This document shows positions 19,556 to 29,497 of a DNA stretch of 64,000 nt, one piece after another. Where the stretch lies: NCBI GenBank assembly GCA_964505555.1, contig CAZDIO010000117.1, positions 1,044 through 65,043 of the forward strand, read 5' to 3'. Origin of the DNA: an uncultured Bdellovibrionales bacterium (GTDB taxonomy: Bacteria; Bdellovibrionota_C; UBA2361; SZUA-149; CAZDIO01). A program made the position numbers and the translations under genes. A model generated the notes under the pieces. The model did not search any database and was not told the DNA's origin. It saw only the letters and a program-made list of their open reading frames with translations. The first letter of the stretch is position 1, and every line of letters begins with the position of its first letter.

Positions 19556-19737
19556 CGTGAGCTATAATTGCTCCGTTAACATTTATAACTGGCTTATCTC
19601 TATTGTTTATCGTTTAGTTTTAGGAACGATGGTCCGAGTTTTGAAAAAATTACGGTTGTACCAACTCCGAGCCTCGGACCTGAGCTATAATAAGCTTCTT
19701 TAAGCTGTTAATCTCTATTGTTATCGTTTGATTATCG
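19556..19737 (+). repeat. Two imperfect direct copies (~60 bp, spaced ~120 bp) of a unit of consensus tgagctataat-N-ttaa-N-tctctattgtt(t)atcgttt. Each copy carries a TATAAT-like hexamer.
   Basis: Copy A lies at about 19556-19620 and copy B at about 19678-19737. Both are read directly from the sequence. They lie between the transposase-like gene and the ompA-like gene. Confidence 0.55.
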
Positions 19738-19808
19738 CCGAATGGCCCACAGGGCCGAAAAAAATAGTAAGGTAGTACCAGTTTTTTTTATTTTTAAGTT
19801 TTAACTTG

Positions 19809-19860
19809 GGGATGGTTCCTATGAGCGAAACAATTATAGGAACCATCCCCTTTATTTATT
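19809..19860 (+). terminator. Perfect 14-bp stem hairpin (gggatggttcctat / ataggaaccatccc, 13-nt loop), followed by TTTATTTATT on the + strand and preceded by a T-run. It is intrinsic-terminator-like on the + strand.
   Basis: Seen in the sequence. On the minus strand the hairpin is followed by an A-run, so it is a poor terminator for the minus-strand ompA-like gene. Confidence 0.5.
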
Positions 19861-19888
19861 CTCACCAACAGATGACAGGCAGGTGTGC

Positions 19889-20743
19889 CTACTGGGTGAT
19901 GTTTTTTCGAGAGCGCGGCGAGCTGTAAATCGCAATATCTACCCGTCGATTCGCCTGTACCGCTTTGTTTTGTTCGCCGCCAGCTTCACCGACACCAAAT
20001 ACATTGATTCGCTCTGGCGGAAGTTGGTTTAAACCGCTTTTCTTCGCAATTTGTTGAAGTTCCGCGAAAACTTTCTTGGCGCGCTCTTGAGAAAGTACTA
20101 CATTACTCTCAAAAGTTCCTTGCGTATCAGTGTACCCTGTCACAACTACCTCTGTAGCTGGATTTTCTCGGACCGTATTAACAAGCTCATACAGTTTCGC
20201 TTTTTCCGCATCTGCAATGTCAGCACTGCCCGTGTCAAAAAGGATGCTCCTTTCTGCTGTCTTTTTTGCGGGTGCATTCAATGCAGCAAGAACTTTTTCA
20301 AGAGCTTCTGAATCCAACGTCATCTTCGTCTTGCCAACGGCAATACCAAGCTGCACTCCGAGCTCTTCAGACTTCAACTCAATGGCGACGCCAGCGTCAT
20401 TACTGAGCCGTTCAAATCCTTGACCAGCAACCACAGCAATCCCCGCTTTTTGCGCAGAGTAGGTTCCGTTGAAGTCTTTAAGGTTATTTAGGTTATAAAT
20501 ATATCCTCTCCCTTTTTTGTTGCCGATACCAATCTCACCAACAGAGAACGCACTGGCTTCAAAAGGGATTTTATAACCTTTGTAGGATAGCTCTCCTTTT
20601 CCAATACTGGCTCCCACCCCCGCGGAAATTCCACTAAAAGTTAAGGTAACAGTCCCACTAGGGTTATCTGTGGCAGCAAACGCTACTGTCGAAAATCCAA
20701 ATATAAGACTTAACGCCGATAGAAATTGTAATTTGCGTATCAT
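19889..20743 (-). CDS. OmpA-family outer-membrane or peptidoglycan-associated protein (signal peptide plus C-terminal OmpA-like domain).
   Basis: The 284-aa product has the signal peptide MIRKLQFLSALSLIFGFSTVAFA. The C-terminal region reads VVVTGYTDTQGTFESNVVLSQERAKKV...NRRVDIAIY, which is OmpA_C-like. Confidence 0.8.
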   Translation of the reverse strand: MIRKLQFLSALSLIFGFSTVAFAATDNPSGTVTLTFSGISAGVGASIGKGELSYKGYKIPFEASAFSVGEIGIGNKKGRGYIYNLNNLKDFNGTYSAQKAGIAVVAGQGFERLSNDAGVAIELKSEELGVQLGIAVGKTKMTLDSEALEKVLAALNAPAKKTAERSILFDTGSADIADAEKAKLYELVNTVRENPATEVVVTGYTDTQGTFESNVVLSQERAKKVFAELQQIAKKSGLNQLPPERINVFGVGEAGGEQNKAVQANRRVDIAIYSSPRSRKNITQ

Positions 20744-21077
20744 TCTTTTCTCCCAAAATTTATTGTTTCTAAAATAAGATAATAAGAAGAAGCTTTAACG
20801 AACTCTACTTGTCCTGACACTTACCATGCACAGGGTAAATCTTACCACGATGGACGCTATAGAATAATCGGAAGGAAAGATAGTGTAACGAAGTGTTCAA
20901 CTAATATATCTTAAAAAAAGCCCTAGAAAGTGGGGGTTTTTCTTCTTTCACCTGCCGTTGAAATAGAATTAAAAGTAAGGCACTGCCCGGAGGGCAAGTA
21001 CAATTTCTTCAACACTGTAACAAGGTGGTAAATACAAAGATAACTGCCCCTCAATCATAAAAACAACTCGTTGCCCA

Positions 21078-22226
21078 TTATTTATTCAAAAGTTCCCGCG
21101 CGATGACAATCCGTTGAATCTGACTTGTGCCTTCATAGATCTGCATCAACTTTGCATCACGCATCAATTTCTCGACGGGATAATCCTTCGTGTAGCCATA
21201 ACCACCATAAATCTGAACGGCATCAGTGGCGATCTTCATCGCTACGTCGGCACTAAACCGTTTTGCCATGGAGGAGTAAAGACTGTTCTTAATCTGTCGA
21301 TCCGCAAGCGTTGCAGACTGTAAGGTGAGCAATCTTGACGCTTCAATCTCTGTTGCCATGTCAGCGAGCATAAATTGAATCGCTTGAAACTCAGCGATCG
21401 CTTGACCAAACTGCTTTCGCTCCCGCGCATACTGAAGCGAACAATCAAGCGCCCGTTGAGAGATCCCTACCGACATCATCGCCGTAAAGGGTCTGGTAAG
21501 GTCGAGAGTTTTCATAGCAATGCCAAACCCCTCCCCTTCCTTTCCAATTAATGCCTCTTCAGGAACAAAAACAGATTCAAAGGACACGGTTGTCGTGTTT
21601 GATGCCCGCTGTCCAAGCTTATCCTCATGCGGTCCATGAGACACCCCAGGAGCATTTGCAGGAACAACCACACAACAGATCGCTTTGTGTTTTTGTTGTG
21701 GATCGAGCGTCGCAAAAACGGTGTACTGGCTACATACTCCGCCATTGGTAATCCACTGCTTATTCCCAGTGAGTTTGTACCCACCATCTGTTTTTTCCAG
21801 CCGGGTGCGAATGCCCGCTGCATCCGATCCCGCACCCGGTTCGCTCAAACAAAAAGAGGCGAGCGTGCCGTTTTTTGCTAACGTCTTAATAAAAAGATCT
21901 TTCTGTGTTTTATTTCCCGCAATCAGAATAGGGATCAACGCTAAGTCGTTTGCGACCAGAGAAGTTGTGATACCTGCACACCCCCACGCTAACTCCTCAA
22001 TAACAAGACACGCATCAAAACTTCCAAGCCCAATCCCTCCAAGATCTTCTGGAATGAGAAAGTTTAAAAACCCAGATTCCCACGCCTTCTGGATACACTG
22101 CCTAGGAAATTCTCCAGATTGGTCAAACGCTGCCGAGATCGGTAAAATCTCTCGCTCCACAAATTTGTGCGCGCTTTCTTTGACAATCTTTTGCTCCTCA
22201 GTAAGTGAAAATTCGTACGCATCCAT
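21078..22226 (-). CDS. Acyl-CoA dehydrogenase (short/medium-chain type).
   Basis: The 382-aa product has the ACAD N-, middle- and C-terminal pattern (...QWITNGG..., ...[10 protein letters not shown]...). Confidence 0.9.
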   Translation of the reverse strand: MDAYEFSLTEEQKIVKESAHKFVEREILPISAAFDQSGEFPRQCIQKAWESGFLNFLIPEDLGGIGLGSFDACLVIEELAWGCAGITTSLVANDLALIPILIAGNKTQKDLFIKTLAKNGTLASFCLSEPGAGSDAAGIRTRLEKTDGGYKLTGNKQWITNGGVCSQYTVFATLDPQQKHKAICCVVVPANAPGVSHGPHEDKLGQRASNTTTVSFESVFVPEEALIGKEGEGFGIAMKTLDLTRPFTAMMSVGISQRALDCSLQYARERKQFGQAIAEFQAIQFMLADMATEIEASRLLTLQSATLADRQIKNSLYSSMAKRFSADVAMKIATDAVQIYGGYGYTKDYPVEKLMRDAKLMQIYEGTSQIQRIVIARELLNK

Positions 22227-22820
22227 AGTGCCATCCTTAGGATTTCTTTTGCAGATAACTACTTTCGTAGCATAGCTTACCTGGACAGTGACGCAACGGT
22301 TTTCAAAAAACGTCGGAACGTAGAAATGAATCTCTTCCGGGTAAAGAGGGAAATGTTATTTAGAGTCTCTGGTCTTTAAAAGGGGGGTTGTTGATGGTTG
22401 CCCTGCCTGCTGCGAATTCAAATCAAGTTGTAGAGATTGCGCGACAACTGTCTTTACCTGGCGATAAATAAGAAAACCATACCGTTCGAAGTACGTGCTG
22501 AGGCAGATACTAAATGCAGCAGAGAGGATAAAGCCAACGACTACCTTCGTTTTGGTGAAGGTATATTGACGCTTTAATCTCTCTCGTTTGCGGTATCGGT
22601 TGTATGCCACTTTGTATAGAACTCTGTATGAGAACCTTTTTGGATATCAGACTCTCTTTGGCTTAAGAGACACAAGGCCCTATATTCTATTATGAAAATA
22701 TTAATCAAGATAGTCGCTTTTCACCCTTTTACACGTCTAAATAAGCACTTAGAGAGCGAGGAGCTCACCCAAAGGACCGTATCAGGGAATTTTGCTCCAT
22801 AACACATCTGGGATGGTTTT

Positions 22821-23159
22821 ATGGCAAAAGATTTTCGACATACCTCACCAAAGGCTCACGACCCTCTTGAAGCAATTCTTCGCTATCATACCTCGTCCCT
22901 TGGTTTAGATATCGAGGGCGAAGATAATGTTATTGTTAAACAACGGGGTAAATATAAGGTTGAAACTCAACTTATCTCTGCCCCATGGATGCTGGTCTTG
23001 TTCTTTGCGGTTCTAAACTCTATCGCCGTTTTTTGGGTAAGAATTGTCTGGATTGATACTTTTGGTCGTCCTGAGATTTTTGGCTACCATACAGAGCTTG
23101 AAAAAGAGTACAAAGCTCTTAAGAAAAAAGGTATTGAGAACGACCCGGGTCACATATAA
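22821..23159 (+). CDS. Hypothetical protein with one TM helix.
   Basis: The 112-aa ORF is intergenic and non-overlapping. No homology was recognised. Confidence 0.35.
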   Translation: MAKDFRHTSPKAHDPLEAILRYHTSSLGLDIEGEDNVIVKQRGKYKVETQLISAPWMLVLFFAVLNSIAVFWVRIVWIDTFGRPEIFGYHTELEKEYKALKKKGIENDPGHI

Positions 23160-23211
23160 ATGATCCATACGCTCAATCGTTTCTTAGAATCTAAAAGTCT
23201 CTCTCATTGGA

Positions 23212-25098
23212 ATGCCAGAAATAATACCTATACAATCAACTCTTTACGAAACTTGTCGAAATCTCCCTGAGGCGTTCATACGAATCGCCTCCTCTCAGCC
23301 ATCACTTCCCGTGTATTTTCAAGCAGTAGAAAATTCTGAAACTGGGAAGAGAGATTGGCAAAGCGCCAATTATGAAGATGTTTCAAAAAAAATCTGGAAG
23401 CTTTCACACTATCTGCTTTCCAAAAACGTTCTTAAAGGGGATGGGGTCGCTATTATTTCTGGCACCCGCCCAGAGTGGCTTCTTTCTGACCTCGCCATTC
23501 AAGCAGTCGGTGGGATCTCAGTTTCTGTGTATCAATCTCTCAATGAAGAGGAATCCGGATACATTCTCTTTGATTCTCAAGCCTCAGTAGTCTTTGCAGA
23601 AAACAAAGAACAAGTAGGAAAGATCTTATCCCTCCTTCAAAAACCATTTCCTATTCCAAGCACAGAAAACAGACCCGCACAAAACGTCTCCATTCAGATT
23701 AAGCAAATAATCACATTTGAAAAAGTCTCCCCCCACCCTCTTGTGATTTCACTTGATGAAATTTTTAAAAACTCCGCTCTCTCTCAAACACCCCCAACGC
23801 AGATATCTTCCCTTATGAAAGACGATATTGCTTCTCTCGTGTATACTTCAGGAACAACTGGCCCTCCGAAGGGAGTCATTCAATCTCATGGAAACCACCT
23901 TGCAAATATTGATCAATCAACAAAAACGGGCCTCTTTGCGCTCAATGGCGATATCTTCTTGTTTCTTCCGCTTGCACATTCCTTTGCACGATTAATTGGT
24001 TATCTCGGCTTTATGACCACCACCGCACTGAAGTTCCCTGCGATTGTCGATCGCGAGACTTCAAATCTTCATGCTGCATCCGTATTACGAGACCTCCGTG
24101 AAGCAAACGCTCAGGTTATTCCGACCGTCCCACGTATTCTTGAAAAGATGCTCGTAGGACTTCGCCAAAAAGCCTCTTCGAGAAGCCTTGGGGGTATGTT
24201 ACTTCGAACTACTCTCTCTGTCGCAAAAGATCGTTATCAACAACAAAAAGAAAAAAAACGCCCTCATCTAAAATCGTCCATACTCTTCCTCCTCACCACT
24301 CCACTTCGAAGAAAAATTCAACACAGCCTTTTTGGAAAACGTTTCTCACATATCGTCTCCGGGGGTGCAAAATTGCCGGTGGAAGTAACTGAGTCTTTTG
24401 ATGCATTAGGAATTACCATTTATGAAGGGTATGGCTTAACAGAAACGTGTGTCGCTACAAATGTTAACCGAATTAATAAAAACAAAATTGGAAGTGTTGG
24501 TCCCGCTCTTCAGGGGATTGAATTAAAAATCTCAAGCGACGGTGAAATTTTATTTCGCGGCCCAAACATCACTCGAGGCTACCTCAATAGACCACTTGCC
24601 ACAGACGCACAGTGGGATACAGCAGGGTGGTTTCATACCGGAGATCTCGGTCGATTAGACGAAGATGGATATCTCTATATTACTGGAAGAAAAAAAGAGC
24701 TAATCGTTACCGCAGGGGGTAAAAAAATAGCCCCACAGCCAATTGAGGAACAACTACAAGCATCTCCCTATATCTCTCACGCCCTTGTTTATGGAGAGGG
24801 TCGACCGTATTGTATTGCGTTACTCTCCTTGGAAAAGGAATCATTAAAAAGTCGGCTTTCTTCTTTAAGCGGAGAGATCGGTTCTCACCCTGAAGTTCTA
24901 AAGATCATCGAAAATGAGATAGAGAAGGTAAACGCTCACCTCTCGCGATTTGAATCGATTAAAACTTTTCGAGTTATTCCCTTTGAACTGACTGTAGAAA
25001 ATGGGTTCCTTACCCCTACTTTTAAAGTTAAGCGCGGGCTTGTTTTTGAGAGTTTTAAAGATCTCATTGAATCCGCCTATCATAAAACACAGAATTAG
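23212..25098 (+). CDS. Long-chain fatty-acid--CoA ligase (AMP-binding adenylate-forming family).
   Basis: The 628-aa product has the AMP-binding motif LVYTSGTTGPPKGV plus ...TGDLGRLDEDGYLYITGRKKELI.... Confidence 0.85.
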   Translation: MPEIIPIQSTLYETCRNLPEAFIRIASSQPSLPVYFQAVENSETGKRDWQSANYEDVSKKIWKLSHYLLSKNVLKGDGVAIISGTRPEWLLSDLAIQAVGGISVSVYQSLNEEESGYILFDSQASVVFAENKEQVGKILSLLQKPFPIPSTENRPAQNVSIQIKQIITFEKVSPHPLVISLDEIFKNSALSQTPPTQISSLMKDDIASLVYTSGTTGPPKGVIQSHGNHLANIDQSTKTGLFALNGDIFLFLPLAHSFARLIGYLGFMTTTALKFPAIVDRETSNLHAASVLRDLREANAQVIPTVPRILEKMLVGLRQKASSRSLGGMLLRTTLSVAKDRYQQQKEKKRPHLKSSILFLLTTPLRRKIQHSLFGKRFSHIVSGGAKLPVEVTESFDALGITIYEGYGLTETCVATNVNRINKNKIGSVGPALQGIELKISSDGEILFRGPNITRGYLNRPLATDAQWDTAGWFHTGDLGRLDEDGYLYITGRKKELIVTAGGKKIAPQPIEEQLQASPYISHALVYGEGRPYCIALLSLEKESLKSRLSSLSGEIGSHPEVLKIIENEIEKVNAHLSRFESIKTFRVIPFELTVENGFLTPTFKVKRGLVFESFKDLIESAYHKTQN

Positions 25099-25200
25099 AC
25101 TTATTTTGTTGCATTTAATGTTAAGTTTAAGTATTTTTACCCTTATTCCGAATCTTTTTGATATAATATACGTAACAATTAATTAAAAGGACCGCCCGCC

Positions 25201-26634
25201 ATGGAATTAAGACAGTTCCTTGAAATACCATACGATGAGCTCGAAAAGATTAACCTCGAAGCCAAAGAAAAAGTTAAACGACGAACTTCAGATTCAAGCC
25301 TAAAAGATTACTACGTAAAATATCTCGCCGATGAAAAGCGGCTCAAAGCAGTCACGGTTTGCTTTACTGATATTGAAGGTCGATTTCATATGCTCGATTA
25401 CGACAAGAAATTTCTTGTTAAATCATTTGATAATCTCACCTTTGATGGTTCCTCAATACGTGGTTTTTCACAGGTTAGTGAGTCCGATCTCCGACTAGAA
25501 GTAGATTGGGGGTCTTTTCGGTGGCTTCCAAGCGATGTTTTTGGACCGGGGAAGGTAATTGTTTTTGCACTTATTCGCGATCGCGATGGTAGTCTCTATC
25601 CTTCCGACATGCGAGCGATGTTAAAAAATTACACGGACGAACTCTTTGCAAAAAAAGGAATCACCTCAAATATCTCCGTTGAGTGCGAGGGCTTTCTCTT
25701 TGAAGGATTAAATGCTGAACAGCATTATAATTCAAGAGATGGCTTTTCCCTCGTCTCCAGCGGGGGATACTTTAACTCGCTTCCAAAAGATCCTTTAAAA
25801 CTCTTTATTGACGCTTTTGCAGAAGCACAAAGAGCGCTCGGTTTTGAAAATGAAAAGGATCACCCGGAAGTTGCCCCATCGCAGTTTGAATTAAACTATA
25901 CGTATTGCGATGCGCTTCTTGCTGCCGATCAACTTCAACTTTACAAATTAGTCGCTCGGCAGGTAGCTGCAAACATGGGGGTAACCGCGTCATTTCTTCC
26001 AAAACCAATCGCGGGCATCAATGGAAGTGGGATGCATTGCAATATGTCACTTTCAAAAGATGGGAAAAATCTATTCTTTGATCAGCAAGGTGATGATGGA
26101 CTCTCTTCAACGGCGTGGAACTTCATTGACCGGTTACTCCATAGCGCAAATGATATCTGCTTAATAATGAATAGTAGTGTCAATGCGTATCGTCGGCTCG
26201 ATCCGCACTTTGAAGCACCAAATCAGATTCGCTCTTCTGCCGTGGACCGCACCTCGATGATTCGTGTCCCACTGGCAAATGAAAAATCAGCACGAATTGA
26301 GGTGCGCACCGTGGCTCCTGATTCAAATCCCTATCTGACTTTTTTAACATTACTCAGAACCGGCCTTGATGGGCCAGTCAGTACGGCAGATCCTTCTGAA
26401 AACCGTAGGACGAGAACCCGCATCTTGCCAGATAACATCTACGACGCCATTCGCTTGATGAAAGGCAGTGAGTGGGTATCTGAATTACTTGGAGCAGAAT
26501 GTGTGGAGAAGTTTCTCCAAAGAAAAACCGCCTCTGCAAACCGCTGCCCAAAAGAACTAGGGAGTATTGTAAAAACAAGTGAGATCTTGTTTCACCATGA
26601 GGTGACAAACCAATATTTGTGGAATCATTTTTAG
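25201..26634 (+). CDS. Glutamine synthetase family protein (GlnA-like; possibly a gamma-glutamyl-amine synthetase).
   Basis: The 477-aa product has an N-terminal beta-grasp and the catalytic-domain signature NGSGMHCNMSL. Confidence 0.75.
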   Translation: MELRQFLEIPYDELEKINLEAKEKVKRRTSDSSLKDYYVKYLADEKRLKAVTVCFTDIEGRFHMLDYDKKFLVKSFDNLTFDGSSIRGFSQVSESDLRLEVDWGSFRWLPSDVFGPGKVIVFALIRDRDGSLYPSDMRAMLKNYTDELFAKKGITSNISVECEGFLFEGLNAEQHYNSRDGFSLVSSGGYFNSLPKDPLKLFIDAFAEAQRALGFENEKDHPEVAPSQFELNYTYCDALLAADQLQLYKLVARQVAANMGVTASFLPKPIAGINGSGMHCNMSLSKDGKNLFFDQQGDDGLSSTAWNFIDRLLHSANDICLIMNSSVNAYRRLDPHFEAPNQIRSSAVDRTSMIRVPLANEKSARIEVRTVAPDSNPYLTFLTLLRTGLDGPVSTADPSENRRTRTRILPDNIYDAIRLMKGSEWVSELLGAECVEKFLQRKTASANRCPKELGSIVKTSEILFHHEVTNQYLWNHF

Positions 26635-26840
26635 TACTCTCACCGCACCTTTAGAATCGGGGGAAGGATTTTTAACGCAGAGGGGGAATATTAATCTCTT
26701 TACCCCTGCGTTAAAAAACACTTACATTTGAACTGCTTACCCCCTCAAAAACAAGCCCACCACCCCCCACACCCCCCTCAAGAAACACTCCTAGGTAGTC
26801 GATTTCCTTATTGAAAACTAAAACGTGCAAAATCTTAACG

Positions 26841-28982
26841 ATGGACTCACCTACAAAAAACGATATTTTTTACCTTGAGCCAGGATCGCTCATTAATCAG
26901 CGATACGAAGTCGTTCGCACCCTTGGTGCGGGGGGGATGGGGACCGTGGTGCAGGTCATTGACCGCTCACTAGAAAACGAAGTTATCGCCTTAAAGATTC
27001 TTAACCCGAGTCTTGTCAGCGAACAGGTGACGTTTGCTCGATTTCGAAATGAAGTGCTCATCGCCAGACAACTGACCCACCCCAGCATCGTTCGCACCTA
27101 CGATTTTGGAAAAACCGAACAAGGGTATTTCTATATCTCCATGGAGTATGTCGAGGGAAAGAGCTTACACCGAAAAATTTATGAGCGGGGCGGAAACAAA
27201 CTAACCTTTGATGAGATCATCTCAATCCTTCTTCACGTTCTTGAAGCACTCTCCTACGCACATAAGAAAAACGTCATTCATCGTGACATCAAACCAGACA
27301 ATATCCTTCTTTCAGAAACGGGAGAGGTAAAGGTAAGCGATTTTGGTCTCGCAAGAACAAACTCTCTTGATAAGGGACTTACAGCGACTGGGGAAACCGT
27401 AGGCACACCAGCGTACATGGCTCCGGAGCAGATTCGGAGCGAACCTATTGATGGGCGGGTTGATATCTATGCCTTGGGAGTAACCGCCTATGAGATGGTG
27501 GTTAGAAGGAGGCCATTTGTTGCTGAAGCGTGGTTTGATCTCGCCACGAAACATCTTACCGAACCGTTTCCTACTTTTAATGAAGAGATCGAGGGTATTC
27601 CCTCCTGGTATGAATCTTTTATCCTTACGTGTACCCAAAAAAACAGAGAGGATAGATTTTCCTCCGCAGAGGAAGCACTCAAAGTCCTAGAAAGCCACGT
27701 TCAAAACCCATCAAAAGCAGAAGTTCAATACGAACGAAGAAAACCGCTGATTTTATCCTTCTATACTTCGCAAACAGAAAGAGGAAAAAAGCTCTATAGA
27801 AAACTCCTCCTCTCCTGCCTCTTTCTTCTTTCGGCATTATCGTTTCTTGTTTTTTCTCGGTACCATCAAGGCTTCCACAATGCTTTAGCCAGTATATTGC
27901 TAAAGGCGGAAAGCGCGGTGGGATTTTACTTCTCTCCGCTAAAGAAATTAATCGGAACTGATCTCGTTTTAAACGAAAGTGCGTGGTTTCAACACATCGA
28001 AAACAATCATCTCAATGAAACCGCAGTTCTTCTTGAGGCGGGGATGAATCCAAATATCGAAGATGCACAAGGCCGATCGGCACTCCACCTGGTAGCAGAA
28101 AATAGTTTTAGCGACCTTGCGCTTTTGCTGCTCTCATACCAAGCAAATCCAAACGTCATCGACCGAGATGAAATGACTCCGCTGATGCACTCAAGTAAGC
28201 GCGGGAATACCTCTCTCGTCTATGCGCTTCTTGCAAATGGAGCCTATGTAAACGCACGGGATAAAAGTGGAAGTACCGCGTTAATCTACGCCTCAATTTC
28301 AGGAAATGTGAGTGTGCTTCAAGCCCTTCTTGACCGCGGAGCGTATGTAAACGTTCGTGATAATAACGGAAAGAGCGCTCTCATTCACGCCGCAGAGCGT
28401 GGCGCACGAGCGGTTATTCAGGTACTTCTTGATAAGAATGCAGATGTTAACATTAAAGACAATGAGGGGAATACCTCGTTAATGATGGCTGCAAAAAGTC
28501 GTGATCTTGATCTTGTCCAACCACTTCTCCAAGCAGGAGCTGATGTTGAACTTACCAATAATGAAGGAAAAAATGTTTTTAATTTCATAAATAAGTTAAA
28601 CGATACCGCCCTCTATGAGATTCTCGCTGCTGCAAAACCAAGCGTCGTCGTTTCTGAAGAAGATCCGATCCCCAATATTACTCCACAACGAGAACTCATT
28701 CGAAAAACCAGGCTACGGGTAAAAGGAGAGCCTACCGGGGTCTGGGAATTTAGCCGCACCCGGACACTTAAAGAGATTACCGTGCAGGTGCGAAATGATG
28801 GAGAGGAAGTAGCAAAAGAAATTACCGTAACGGCAAAAATTCCAGATGGGAAAGAATTTAAACTCACCGGACCTTCAGAGCTGAAACCCCGAGAGATTCA
28901 GCCCTATACTATTCAAATAGACGAAATTGTCTTTCGTTACGGAAAAATAACCGTAGATATGAAATGCGAAAATTGCTTTTAA
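26841..28982 (+). CDS. Transmembrane Ser/Thr protein kinase with about six C-terminal ankyrin repeats and a terminal beta-sandwich-like domain.
   Basis: Kinase motifs are present: GAGGMGTV...VIALKIL, HRDIKPDNILL, DFGLAR, GTPAYMAPE. There is a TM segment LLLSCLFLLSALSFLVF. Ankyrin repeats follow the pattern G.SALH.AA..G...V..LL..GA..N. The track start 26811 is TTG, and the ATG at 26841 is preferred. Confidence 0.85.
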   Translation: MDSPTKNDIFYLEPGSLINQRYEVVRTLGAGGMGTVVQVIDRSLENEVIALKILNPSLVSEQVTFARFRNEVLIARQLTHPSIVRTYDFGKTEQGYFYISMEYVEGKSLHRKIYERGGNKLTFDEIISILLHVLEALSYAHKKNVIHRDIKPDNILLSETGEVKVSDFGLARTNSLDKGLTATGETVGTPAYMAPEQIRSEPIDGRVDIYALGVTAYEMVVRRRPFVAEAWFDLATKHLTEPFPTFNEEIEGIPSWYESFILTCTQKNREDRFSSAEEALKVLESHVQNPSKAEVQYERRKPLILSFYTSQTERGKKLYRKLLLSCLFLLSALSFLVFSRYHQGFHNALASILLKAESAVGFYFSPLKKLIGTDLVLNESAWFQHIENNHLNETAVLLEAGMNPNIEDAQGRSALHLVAENSFSDLALLLLSYQANPNVIDRDEMTPLMHSSKRGNTSLVYALLANGAYVNARDKSGSTALIYASISGNVSVLQALLDRGAYVNVRDNNGKSALIHAAERGARAVIQVLLDKNADVNIKDNEGNTSLMMAAKSRDLDLVQPLLQAGADVELTNNEGKNVFNFINKLNDTALYEILAAAKPSVVVSEEDPIPNITPQRELIRKTRLRVKGEPTGVWEFSRTRTLKEITVQVRNDGEEVAKEITVTAKIPDGKEFKLTGPSELKPREIQPYTIQIDEIVFRYGKITVDMKCENCF

Positions 28983-29473
28983 CGCAGAATTTCGAAGCCA
29001 AAAACACTCGCCATCAAGCGCGGGGTATCGCGATTTTAGAGATCGTGATCATCATTCCCCTATTAGTTTTTCTTTTTACAGCAATTTATGACCTCGGCTC
29101 AGTCCTCAATACCTACTTGAGACTCACCTCTGTTGTTCATCAAGGGGTAAGAATGGCAACCAGGGTCAACAACCTTGATACGGGAGATTTTTCAGGACTA
29201 AGTTCTGGTCAAGCGTGTCAGAACGTCTCGCCCCCTTCAAAAACTCACTCCTCTATTCAAAACAGAGTTGAGAAATTAATTCTCCTTCTTCAACAACGAC
29301 TTCCAATTACGAGTTATTGTATTGACTCTGGGCGAGTTTTTATTGTTCCAGGAAGCATTGATCCCTTACACAACACGGTGTATGTGCGAATCAATATAAC
29401 GTTTCGTGGGTTTTTTCCGGGGTTTAGAAATTTACAGATCTCAACAATCGCTCGAGCGCCCTATCTCTCTTGA
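28964..29473 (+). CDS. TadE-like (Flp-pilus pseudopilin-type) protein.
   Basis: The 169-aa product has the N-terminal motif ARGIAILEIVIIIPLLVFLFTAIYDLG, typical of TadE/TadG. It overlaps the kinase stop by 19 nt. No other tad genes are nearby. Confidence 0.45.
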   Translation: MRKLLLTQNFEAKNTRHQARGIAILEIVIIIPLLVFLFTAIYDLGSVLNTYLRLTSVVHQGVRMATRVNNLDTGDFSGLSSGQACQNVSPPSKTHSSIQNRVEKLILLLQQRLPITSYCIDSGRVFIVPGSIDPLHNTVYVRINITFRGFFPGFRNLQISTIARAPYLS

Positions 29474-29497
29474 AAACAAACTAATCGCTGGTGTGGG

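Noticed and set aside
21685-22275. 196-aa + strand ORF.
   Set aside because: It is antisense to the well-supported acyl-CoA dehydrogenase gene. It has a Pro/Ser-rich low-complexity translation.
22356-22610. 84-aa minus-strand ORF, a basic N-terminus plus a TM helix, downstream of the acyl-CoA dehydrogenase region.
   Set aside because: It has no recognisable start context or conservation signal, so the coding call is too weak.
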